Shown: in pieces, positions 27,270 through 39,099 of the stretch
Numbering within the stretch: position 1 is the stretch's first letter
Layout of the letters: every line of letters starts with the position of its first letter
NCBI GenBank assembly: GCA_026770705.1
Contig: JANJGN010000026.1
Span: 24,428,001 to 24,492,000 of the forward strand
Direction of reading: 5' to 3'
Length of the DNA: 64,000 nucleotides
From: Isurus oxyrinchus
Lineage: Eukaryota
Notes under the pieces: generated by a model
The model's database searches: none
What the model was told of the DNA's origin: nothing
Seen by the model: only the letters and a program-made list of their open reading frames with translations
Made by a program: the position numbers and the translations under genes

Positions 27270-27590
27270 CAATGTGTGTGGTCGTTCTTGATGCTGTCAG
27301 AGTGAGTTCACCCTCACAGGCAGGAAGACTGTTCACGGTAATAACATGAAACTGACGCCGGCTGTTTCATTCTCAGGTAACACAACTTCCTGTTTCTCTG
27401 TTGCTGATTCCAAACCGCACATCTCACTTCTGAGCAGAAAATAAATCCAGGGGCCACAATCTGGTGAGATCAAGTGTCAAGGCAGCCTACATCTGGCCAC
27501 TGAGTCAGGGCAGAGTCACACAGATCACATTGTGGTGACATTTACAAATGAGACTGTTGTGATCTGTTTAGGGTTTCCATTTCCAGGACA
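27270..27590. promoter_or_regulatory. Candidate lymphoid enhancer (RUNX, ETS, AP-1 and E-box cluster)
   Basis: TGTGGT 27277 and 27531, AACCGCA 27413, CAGGAAG 27321, ACTTCCTGTTTC 27385, CATCTG 27490, TGAGTCA 27501 and GGGTTTCC 27571, in non-repetitive sequence. Confidence 0.4.
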
Positions 27591-27689
27591 TAACTGGATG
27601 GTCAGTGGATCAGTCACTGATCTCCCTCAAGTCCCTGAAGCGAGGAAATGACGCTTTGTTACCTTTCATTGTTCTTATCTCTCCACTCA

Positions 27690-27787
27690 ACCTGCCCACC
27701 TCCCCACTCCGCTGCCCCCCGCCCCTTCCCCCTCTTCCTCCCCACCCCCCCCCCCCCACCGACGCCCCCCCCCCCCCACCACCCTGC

Positions 27788-27830
<43 letters not shown>

Positions 27831-27845
27831 ACCCCCCACACCAAC
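27690..27845. repeat. Poly-C low-complexity tract (G-quadruplex potential on the minus strand)
   Basis: C runs up to about 40 nt. Confidence 0.9.
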
Positions 27846-30339
27846 CATCCACTCTCTGCGGTACTTTTTCCCTCTGTTTCTCAGCTTTTATCTCTCAACA
27901 CGCTGTCTCTCTTTTTCATTTCAATTCTGTTTTTCGCAGTTTTACTCTTTGTCTATCTCTGCCTGCATCTTTCTCCATCTCTCTTTTTAATAAAGGCGTT
28001 CAGAATCATTAAAGTATTAATAGATTAAATAAAGGGAGACTACTTCAACTGGCAGGAGGGTCAGTACCCAGAGCAGACAGATTTATTTTATTGAAGAGGA
28101 GGACAGGAGGATAATTGTTTATTCTTTTTTACATGGCAAGTTGTTCTGAACTGGAATGTACTGCTTGAAAGGATGACGGAATCGGATTTAATCGTACCTT
28201 TGTAAAATTAATTAGGTAAATGCTTGAAGGGGTTAACATTTGAACGATTATAGGGGATAAGCCCAACTGGATCACTCATCGATATCATTGTCCCAGCAAC
28301 TTTTCTGTATTGCCCTCTGTCCTTCTTTCAGCTCGAGTAAAATGCAATAATGAGACAGCTTTCGTCTCGTGATAGTCCTGTCCTTTGACAGTACTTGAGC
28401 TTTTGTGTTGATAATCGCCAGGAATCCTTCGGAAGTTCATTGCTGTTTACAAATCACTGTATTGAACTTGTTTCAATAAAGCACAATTGCCCTTAATATT
28501 TGTGATTGAGTTTTCCTCTGGTGAGACATTGGCGTTTAAGCTTTTCAGCCATCATGTGTCTCAAGAAGACGATTTAAACATTGGTACCAGATCCGGCCCT
28601 TTGTGCCTGCGTAAATGGAGAACAGTCGGTGAGAATGAGAAGGAGCAGATTATTTTCTGTTCCTCTGACAGGTGCAGCAGTGACCCCTCATATAATAGAA
28701 ATCTCTGGAGTCCACCACGATTGTCCTCCCTTTGGGTACAACAGCTCTTAGTCAAGTGGAGTCAGTTACACGGGCCTGTGTCATGATGGCTCCACTTCAT
28801 TTTTGCCAGACAAATCCCTTTGTCACTCACCATGACACAGAAGCCTGCGCTCAGGCCCTAAACATTATTGCTTCCTTATACTTTGACCTCCTATTACAAG
28901 TAGACATTTATTCGCCCCCCCTGCCTCCCTTCAAGTAAGATTACCAATAGCCTCTGTTATTGATACACTGGAGCTGGCCTCTGTGATTATTATTAGAACA
29001 GACCCCAGTCTGGCCCAGGGCCTGAAGTCAGGACTCCTTTGGCAAGTCCAAGGAGGAAGAGGTTGTTTGTATTTTTGGAGAGGGCGGGATTGTCAAAGTA
29101 GCAATGACGCCTCAGGAAGCCATCCTTCGATGGATGGACAAACTGTCCAGAGTTGCCCTGTCTTTATTCCTCTCATTCCTTCCGAATGTCAGAAAATAAT
29201 CGATAAATTGGCATAAAGACTTGCATGTAAACTGTCACCGTGGCCTTACATCATGTGGTCGAGTCTCTGGACTGGGGTTTGAACCCACAGCCTTCTGACA
29301 GTGGTGAAAGTGCCACCAATTAGTCAACGTTGACATGATCTGTTCCCAGTTCCCATTACATTAGTACCAAGGTGACATACTGCAGATGCTAGAAATCTAA
29401 AATAAAAACAGAAGGTCTTGGAAATATTCCATAGGCTTTCAGAACATGGAGAGTCTGTTTGTTTTTGTACCTTGTGCTCTTGGAGAAAGGTGCAGAGAGG
29501 TGGAAGAATTTTGGAGGTGAATTAACAATCTGCATCGAGTTGCACGAATTCTCCTTCAATGGCCAACAAACCCTGGCGAGGAGCTTGAACCCAGGTCTTT
29601 CAGTGCAGAAGCAAGTATGTTACCAAATGTCCCACTCGGGAATGTAGCAGCTTTAAAGAGAAACACAGTTAGTTTCAAGTCGATGAACCTGGTTCCAATG
29701 TAATGCCATTGACATAAAACATTAACTCTGTTTGGCTCCTCAGAATCTGCTTGATCTGCAGAGCAATTTCAGCATGCTTTGCTTTTATCTGCAATTACAC
29801 GTTTCAGTGTCATTACATTAACTCAATCCCATTCATATTGCAATGGTGTTTGACTCTGTTATTAGACATTAGACAAAACATTTGCCCTTATATCAATAGG
29901 CACTGACACACACACACACGCACACATACTTATATCAGACCCAACTTGGTTTTGGGTGCACTAGATACTGATGGTGTCATCATCACAGTGGATACAGTGA
30001 CTTTTTCAGTAATACACTGCAGACTGGATCTGTTATTCTTGCATCAAACATTATATTCATCACATTTAATTTTGCTGTTCTTAATCTATTCCCTGTGCGT
30101 ACTTTAATTGCCTTAGTCGCTGCATCTGTAATGGTTGCACTCAGAGCCTACCCGCTATTCAAATTCTAGTGCAAACATCTATTATTATTATTATTAGTGC
30201 TGAAAACCTCGTCCCTATCAGTTTCCATTAGAAATCTATTTCTGGTATTGATAAGTTAACCCTGTTACTGTTAGTGTTCCAGTGTGACTTCTTTCACTTA
30301 TTATTGTGAAAAGTATTTGTTCTATTATGATTAACCAAA

Positions 30340-32430
30340 GGCTTGCTTATTCAAATGTTATATTAGATCCTGCCTCTCTTATTCCTGGACTAGCCCATAT
30401 CTCTGTTTATCTTACTCCCAGCCCCTGTTCGTGTAATATTGCACTAGCCCATGTCTCTGACTATACTAGACTAGTCCCTGTCTCTAATTACTGAGCTAAT
30501 CCATATTTCCGTTTGTAACACCGGGTTCTATTACTATTATTACTGTACTAGCCTATATTTCGCTTTATATTACAACAAGTCGCCTCCCCTACTATTACAT
30601 CACTAGCCCATACCTCTATTTAAATTACATGAATCCCTGTCTCTGTTATTACTGAACTAACCTATACCTGTGTTTATACCACACCAGGTAATGTCTCTGT
30701 TATTAATACACTAACTGATATCTCTAGTTATATTACAACAGCGTTTGTCTCTGTTATTACATCCATAGCTCATATTTCGGTTTATGTTATAACAAGTCTG
30801 GTCCCCGTTTATGTTACACTAGGCTCTGTCTCATTATAGATAAGATAACATAGAATATGCAGCTGAGAGACAGATAAATTAGTCCAAAAAAATTAGAGTA
30901 GTTGGGGTGGAATTTGTGAAGATGACAGTTAAAACTGCAGAAACAGAGATAGTGAAAGCTCCCTGGAGAGCAGCAGATGCTTCAATCCTTTCCATCAATA
31001 GGAATAATAAGTTGGAGAATTACAAGTCTATTGTTCTCAGATCAGTTATTTGTACAGTTTCATTTTTTCCATCACTTACTTAAATCATCACACAATCGAC
31101 ATATATGTTAGGAGCTTCTGTGAAATGCTGTGGTGATAATTTGCCAATAAACTGCTCGTTATTCTGGAAGTAGTTCAATCCACTTTCCAACCGATCACCG
31201 GAGACAAATAAATTTAACTTGGAAATGAAATAGTCAGTCTGACACCACTTTTTCAACAAAAGCACACAACAGAATGGTTATCAACAAATTATTACAGTAT
31301 AAAAAATCTACAATTGAGAGAAATGAAGGATAAATGTAAAACAAAAATTCTAAAGAGATTTATTAGAAATTAAGGCCTATTTTAATATAAACAAAGAAAG
31401 GGTCCGGTGCAGTAGTACCGTGACAAGGTCAAGTGCACCTATTAGTTATATAGAACCTATAGTGAAATAAGTGGAGGCTGGGCCTAGTTCAGTAATTGCT
31501 GAAATAGGATCTAGCACATTAATGACAGACGTGGTCTAATGTAATATAAACAGACACATAGTGTCCGCAGTAATAACAAAGACAAGCTCTATTTTCATAT
31601 GTACAGAATCAAGGTTCAGTGTGATATGAACGGATATAGGGTCTAGTGTAATATAAATTGAGATAAGGCCTCGCAGAATATAAGCAGAGACGTGATCGAG
31701 TGTAATATAAACAAACATGTAATCGAATGGAATATAAAGTGAGGCAGTGCCGAGTGCATTATTATTTGAGACAGAGTCTTGTATCATGTGAACAGGGATA
31801 CGGTCTAATGCATTAGTGAAGTAGACAGGATCAGGTGTAAGGAAACTGTCACAGGGCCTAGTGCAGTTTTAACTGACATAGGAAGCTGTAATATAAACTG
31901 AGACAGAGACAAGTGCAGTGATTCCAAACAAAGGCCTTGGATTAATATAAACAGAGATATGAACAAGTGCAGCAATAAAAGAGACATATTACAGTTCAAC
32001 AATAGCAGAGACAGGGAATCATGTGATATAAACAGAGGCATGGGCTGGTGCAGCATAATTTGAGGCATCCTCTAGTTTAGTATAAGCTCGTCAGGACTAC
32101 TGGTTTCAATAACTGATACAGAGCCTCATTAAATTTAAACAGGAATATGTTCTAGTTTAGTACAACAGAGACAAATTCTAGTGCAGTAACAATTGAGGCA
32201 TGAAGTATTGTCATATTAGCTGCGACCTGGTTTAATGCAGCCATAACTGAGAGAATGCCAAAGGTAATATGGTGCGGGCTTAGTATATCAACAACTGAGA
32301 TTGAGCCCATTACAGAAACAACTGAGACACAACTTGCTGGTATAATAAGGAACATGACCTAGCGTAATATAAACAGACATAAACAGAGGAAGGTTACAGT
32401 GCAGTAATGATTGAGATAGGGCATGCTTCA
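30340..32430. repeat. Decayed 27-bp satellite blocks in opposite orientation (30340-30840 forward, 31370-32430 reverse) flanking a unique island
   Basis: actagccc.t.tctctgtt.at units to the left; taatataaacagagac units to the right. Confidence 0.65.
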
Positions 32431-32445
32431 GCAATCACGATTCCA

Positions 32446-32459
32446 CTGCCATCTACTGG
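32446..32459 (-). promoter_or_regulatory. CTCF-like site
   Basis: CCAGTAGATGGCAG fits the CCASYAGRKGGCRS core. Confidence 0.5.
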
Positions 32460-32519
32460 GCAAATGTTGATGTTGCAAGGGCTGTGAATGCCGAAGTCAG
32501 TCACTGTTTTAGATATTAA

Positions 32520-33905
32520 TCACAGAATCACAGAATGATTACTGCGCAAAAGGAAGCCAGTCGGCCCTTACTCTCTGTTCCAATCCTATTAAGAAGTAAG
32601 TCACCTAGTACAAGTCATTCTCCCCTAGTGCAGCATGATTTTGTCTTTTTGGGATAATAATCTATTTCCTTTTTGAAGGCATCCTGCCTCCATTACACTC
32701 TCAGGCAGTTAATTCCAGATCCGAATCACTCACAGTGTGAACACCTGAGCCCTCTGATTCTCGATGTCTCCTCCAATGGGAACAATCTCTCCCTGTCTAG
32801 CCTGTCAAGACCCATCTTGATTTTGATACCTCCAACTTGAAGGAGGTTCGTACCAAATTCTCCAAACTTTTTATGTAACTAAAGTTCCTCATCTCAGCAA
32901 GCGTGTCCATGAATCGATTCTTCACCCTCTCTTAATGTCTTTCAATTCTTCCTGAAGTGTTGTTCCTGGGATTGAACGCAATACTCTTGGACACTATTCC
33001 AACAACTATAGACCAGTCAGTTTAAATTCTATGGTAGGGAAACTTCCAGAAACAATAATTCAAGGCAAAATTAAAAGGTACATGGACAAATGAGGTTAAT
33101 TAAGGAAAGCCAGCATGAATTTGTTAAGGGAAAATAATGTTTAAGTAAGTTGGTGGAGTTTATTGAAGAGGTAAAGGGAGGGTTGGTGAGGGCAATGCTG
33201 TTGATGTTGTATACATGGACCTCCAAAAGGTGTTTGATAAAGTGCTGCACAACAGACTTATGAGCAAAGTTATAGTTAATGGAATAAAAGGAACAGTAAC
33301 AACATGGAAAAGGGATTGGCTGAACGACAGGAAACAGAATAATGATTAATGGATGTTTTCGCACTGGAGGAGGGTTTGAAGTCGAGTTCCCAGGCGTCAG
33401 TATCGGAACCCATGCTTTTCCTGACATTTATTTTAATGGATATATATTAATGACGTAGACCTTGGTGTACAGGACCCTGAATCAAACTTTGCGGATGAAA
33501 TAAAACTTGGAAATGTTGTGAACTGTGGAGAGGATAGTATAGGCCTTCAAAGGAACATAGGGGGAATGGGCGGACAGGTAGGAGCTTAATATTAACACAG
33601 TAAAGTGTGAGGTGATTCATTTTGGTCGGAAAAACATGGAGAGACAATATAACATGAAAAAATAAAGCGGTGGTCAACTCTGAAGGTGGTGGAGGAGCAG
33701 ACGGACCTGCGTGTATATGTACATAAATCATTGAAGGTAGCAGGACAGATATTAAGAACCGTTAATAAAGCATACAGTAATTCTGGATTTTATTAATTGG
33801 GGAATTGAGTGCAAGAGCATGGAGGTGATGTTGAACTTATATAAGTCACTAGTTCAGCCTCAGGTGGAGTATTCCGTCCAGTTCAGGGCACCGTTCTTTA
33901 GAAAA
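32520..33905. mobile_element. Two decayed CR1 fragments (- about 32520-33000, + about 33000-33905)
   Basis: cacagaatcacagaat tail; RT-region similarity to other CR1 copies (agccagcatg.atttgttaaggg, tttgcggatga). Confidence 0.75.
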
Positions 33906-33919
33906 GGTGTTTATTTTTA

Positions 33920-36900
33920 ATATTCGTGCAGAGGATTTGGGCATCCCTGGCGAGGCCAGATGGTGTTCCCATCTATCTGCTGCCCTTGTCCTTCTAGGTG
34001 GTAGTGGTCATGGGTTTGGAAGGTGCTGTTGTGGGTGGAATACGCTGCTGCCAATTTGCGTCGGTGGTGGAGTTTGTTGATGTAGTGACAATTAAGCGGA
34101 CTGCTTTAGCCTGAATGGTGTCAAGCTTCTTTAGTGTTGTAGGAGCTGAACTCATCCAGGCAAGTGGGGAGTATTCCATCACATCCCTGACTTGTGGTGG
34201 ACAGGCTTTTGGGAGGCAGGAGGTGAGTTATTCGTTGCAGGACTCCTAGCCTCTGGCCTGCTCTTATAGCCACAGTATTTATATGGCTAGTCCAGTTCAG
34301 TTTCTGGTCAATAGTAAGCCCCAGGATGTTGATGGTGGGGGATTCAGCGATGGTAATGCCATTGACCATTAAGGGGCGATGGTTGGATTATCCCATGTTG
34401 GAGATGGTCTTTGCCTGGCAATTGTGTGGCGTGAATGTTATTTGCAACTTGTCAGCCCAAGTCTGAATATTGTCCAGGACTTACTGCATTTGGACTTGGA
34501 CTGCTTGAGTATCTGAGGAGTCGCAAATGATGCTGAACATTGTGTAATCATCAGTGAACATCCCACTTCTGACCTTATGACGGAAGGGAGGTCATTGGTG
34601 AAGTAGCTGAAGATGGTTGAGTCGAGGACACGACCCCGAGGAACTCCTGCAGCGATGTTCTGGAGCTGAGGAGATTGACCTCCAACAACCACAACCATCT
34701 TCCTTTGTGATAGGTATGACTCCAACCAGCGGAGACTCTTCCCCTGATTCCCATTGACTCCAGTTTTGCTAGGGCACCTTGATGCCACACTCGGTCAAAT
34801 GCTGCCTTGATGTCAAGGGCAGTCATTCTCACCTCACCTCGGGAGTTCAGCTCTTTTTTCCATGTTTGGACCAAGGCTGTAATGATGTAAGGTGCTGAGT
34901 AACCCTGACGGAACCCAAACTGAGCGTCAGTGAGCAGGTTATTGATAAGCAAGTGCCGCTTGATAGTACTGTTGATGATCCTTTTCATGACTTAACTGAT
35001 GGGACAGTAATTGGATTTGTCCTGCCTTTTGTGTATGGGACATACTTGGGCAATTTTCCACATTGTCAGGTAGATGCCTGTGTTGTAGCTGTACTGGAAC
35101 AGCTTGGCTAGGAGCTTGGCATGTTCTGGAGCACAAGTCTTCAGTCCTATTGCTAGAATATTGTCAGGGCCATCTTCCTTTGTGCTCGGTATGACTCCAA
35201 ACAGCGGAGACTTTTCCCCTGATTCCCATTGACTCCAGTTTTGCCAGGATGCCTTGATGCCACACTCGGTCAAATGCTGCTTTGATGTCAAGGGCAGTCA
35301 CTCACACCCCATCTCGGGACTCCCCCTCTTTTTTCTATGTTTGGACCAAGGTTTCGCAGCATCTACTGCCTTCAACCATTTCTTGATATCACGTGGAATA
35401 AATTTAATTGGCTGAAGACTGGCATCTGTGAGGCTGGGGACTTCCGGAGGAGGCCGAGATGGATCATCCACCCAGCACTTTTGATTGAAGATTGTACAAA
35501 TGCTTCAGCCTTACCTTTACACTGATGTGCTGGGCTCCCCCATCATTGAAGATGGGGATAGTTGTGGATCCTCCTCCTCCGAAGAGCTGTTTAATTGTCC
35601 ACCACCATTCACGATTGGATGTTGCAGGACTGCAGGTCTTAGATCTAACCCGTTGGTTGCGGGGTCACTTAGTTCTGTCTATCAATTGCTGCTTATGTTG
35701 ATTGGCACCCAAGTGGTCCTGTGTTAGAGCTTCACCAGGTTGACACCTTGTTTTCAGGTATGCCTGGTGCTGCCCCTGGCATGCCCTCCACTTCTTTGAA
35801 TCAGGCTTGATCCCCTGGATTGATGGTGATGGTGGAGTTGGGGAAATGCCGAGCCATGCGGCTACAGGTTGTGGTGGAGTACCGTTCTGCTGTTGCTGAT
35901 GACCCACAATGTCCCGTGGCTGCTCAGACTTGAGTTGCTAGATCTGTTCGAAATCTATCCCATTTATCACGGTGGCAGTGTCACACAACATGATAGAGGG
36001 TATCCTCAATGTGAAGGCAGGACTTCTCTCCACAACGACCGTGCAGTGGTCACACCTACTGATACTGTAATAGACAGGTGCATCTGTGGCAGGTGGGCTG
36101 GTGAGGATGGGGTCAAGTATGCTTTTCGCTCTTGTTGGTTCCGTCACCACCTGCCACAGACCCAATCTAGCAGCCATATCATTTAGGACTCGGCCAGCTT
36201 GGTCAATAGTGGTGCTACCGAGCTGCTTCTGGTGATGGACATTGAAGTCCTTCACCCGGAGAACATCCTGTGCCCATGCCACCTTCAGTGCTTCCTCCAA
36301 GTGGTGTCCAACATGGAGGAGCACTGATTCATCAGCTGAGGGGGAAGGGACGTGGTAATCAGCAGGAGGTTTCCTTGCCCATGCTTGGCCTGATGCCATG
36401 AGACTTCATGGGGTCCAGAGTCAATTTTGAGTGCTTCCAGGGCAATTCTACCCCAACAATATAGCACGGTGCCGCCACCTCTGCTGGGTCTGTCCTGCTG
36501 GTGGGACAGGACATACCCTGGGATGGTGATGGTGGTGTCTGGGACATTAACTGTAAGATATGATTTTGTGGGGATGACTATGTCAGACTGTTGCTTGACT
36601 AGCCTGTGAGGCAGCTCTACTAATTTTGGCCCTAGCCCCCAGATATTCATAAGGAGGACTTTGCAGGGTTGACAGGGCTGCATCTCCTGCTGTCATTTAC
36701 AGTGCCTTGGTCGATGCTGGGTGGTCTATCTGGTTCATCCCTCTTAGACTTTTTCGTGGTTTGATACAACTTAGTGGCTTGCTGGGCCATTTGAGAGGGC
36801 AGTCAAAAGTCAACCACATTGCTGTTCATCTGGAGAACATGTAGGCCAGACCGGGTAAGGGCGGTAGATTTCCTTCCCTAAAGGACATCAGTGAACCAGA

Positions 36901-37058
36901 TGGGTTTGTCCAACAATCGACAATGATGCCATGGTCATCGTTAGACTTTTAATTTCAGATTTTTGAATTCCAATTCCACTATTTTGGACCCGGGTCCCCA
37001 GAGCCTTGCCCTGGGTCTCTGGATTACTAGTCCAGCGACAATACGACTACGCCAGCGC
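33920..37058 (-). mobile_element. Near full-length decayed single-ORF LINE (APE + RT) with a tRNA-like 5' head; clade uncertain
   Basis: APE: NIWGL, DFNVHH, LDPILT, SRCDH. RT: QFGFRQG, ALDIKAAFDRVWHQG, AGVP.G.VL, TNDLP. Internal duplication at about 35170-35350 of 34700-34875. Confidence 0.85.
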
Positions 37059-37559
37059 CCTGGTAGTCTTTGTTGGTGAGTGTACAGGGTGTTTTACCTT
37101 GTAGCTATTCCCTGCTCTATTTGCCCTGGATTTGTTTTATGACACCGCTGAGGAAGGTTTATTCAGCACTAAAACAAGCTCCCTTTCCTCCACGTTCTTG
37201 TTGAGGAATCTGCCAATGGATTATTTGCTACTGCCTACCACAAGCCCAACTTCACTGGGAGGATAATGGCTACCCCAATCTGATCGTTGCTCGCTATTAA
37301 TGCTGCATACTAACAAACAGAGCTAAGTCTGCCAACTCCAGACCTGAAAAGTCCCCTGTCTTACCTTAGATTACCCTGGAATGGTAAAGTGTTTGAAAAA
37401 TTTGGGGAATGGCTGAAGTTAGCTGTTTCACGCTGCTACTATGCAATAACAACAGAGGTCGCATTGTCCACCAACATAATGCTGCCATCAAGCCAAAACG
37501 ACTCTCTGCCTACCACACAAATACGTAACGTGCTATATGTCTGTCAGAGCCAGTTGATT

Positions 37560-38170
37560 CCAGCTATGTAAGCAATATGCTCCAACGACTGGCGGATTGT
37601 ATTAAATAGCATGCCCTTTTATTTTTCACACCAAGCAAAGCATTGACTACACTCAACCGCCCATGCTTGAAAAACTTGGTGTGTCCAACATTCGAGATGA
37701 TTGTGCGATTCGACAACACTTATTGAACTATCCTGTTTGTGCTAAGAATTACACTAACAACTAATTCAAGTTTATCAGTCACGCTCACTGTGTGGTTCAC
37801 ATACATGTGCTAGAAGCCAAAAATATTCATATACAGAGCCCTGTTGTTTGCAAATAGAAAGAACATGTCCACACACTGTGCCCTGTTCAACTGAATAAAG
37901 TTTGGGGGAGCAGCCATTCTCAGGTTCATTCCTCATGGAAAGCCTGGGCCTGTCAGAGTCTACTGATCTGATTTGAACTTAGACAAAGGTTTCGCAGCTA
38001 ACTCTTTGTATTCTCCATGGCAATTGTTCTACCAACCCGAGTCCACTTAACAACGAATCATCACCCTCCTCTCCTGCAGCATAAGTTATCGCTACCTTTG
38101 AGATTCAGCATTTTTGCGATTCTGTCCTCATGAAAGCGAGATGGAAAGCTTCGACAACATTCCTCCTCTT
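37560..38170 (+). mobile_element. Penelope-like 3' fragment related to 2815-4320
   Basis: ggcggattgtatt.aatagcatg, agggccctgttcttgca-like and tgtcctcatga...gaaagcttcgaca similarities. Confidence 0.65.
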
Positions 38171-38177
38171 CTCTCTC

Positions 38178-38236
38178 ATATATATATATATCTATATATT
38201 ATATATATATAGATATATATATGTACATATATATAG
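38178..38236. repeat. (TA)n microsatellite
   Basis: Direct observation. Confidence 0.9.
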
Positions 38237-39099
38237 TGTACAAGTTACAAAATGTGTAAGCTTATATTGCATGATATACATTTGCATATAGAGTATATAG
38301 AGTACATGTGTGTACAAAGCACAAAATTAATCATTCTTAATGTTTGCAAATGCATCTCCCTGGTTATATTACACTAGACCGTGAATCAATTAATATTGTG
38401 AAAGGTCATGCCTCTGTATAAAATGCGCAAGATCCATTTTGAATTATTCTGGCACTTGAGTGTGTCTCTGCTTACATAATGCCACATTTTTTCATGAGAT
38501 TAGATCCTGTTTTGTAATTATGTCATTTTGTCTGTTTTCATATTAAACTAGAAAACAATTCTGTTTCTGTCTCACTAGACCATCCCATTTTGTTCTTTAT
38601 ATTGCACTAGTCCATGTCTTTATTATTCTGCATTTCAAAGCTTGCATACCCATCCGCACTGCGCCAAATTATGAGCAGATGGATACTATATAAATACATA
38701 TATTGCATTATATATATTTGCATAAGTAGCATGGGGAGTATATGTTTGTACAAAACACATCATTGTTAATGTTTCTGTGACTGGTTATATGAAACACGCT
38801 CTGCCTTATTTAATATTGCGCAAGGCCATGTCTTTGTTTAAATTGCACATGGCCTAGTTTCAATTATTATTGTACTTGAGTGTGCCTCTGTTTACATAAC
38901 ACGAGTCGCTGCCTCAATTTTCAGTGTAGTAGAATATGTTCACGTTGGTATTTGATTAGTTCCTGTCTCTGGAATTAATTTATTAGACCTTGTCTCTATT
39001 ACATTAAACCGGTCTCGTTTCATGAGATTTGGTCTTTTTTCTGTGATTACATCGTGACATATTTTGGCTAATTTCATGTTACAGTAGACAATTGTTTTG

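Noticed and set aside
27605-28028. Poly-Pro and poly-Gly ORFs
   Set aside because: Translations of a poly-C tract whose length may also be a sequencing artefact.
28615-28751. Leader-intron-exon-like pattern on the plus strand
   Set aside because: The intron is only about 43 nt, the first exon is not hydrophobic, and the second ends at a stop without V motifs.
4085-37792. Isolated CACAGTG/CACTGTG heptamers (about 4085, 22951, 29984, 32730, 37786)
   Set aside because: No nonamer at proper spacing; most lie inside repeats.
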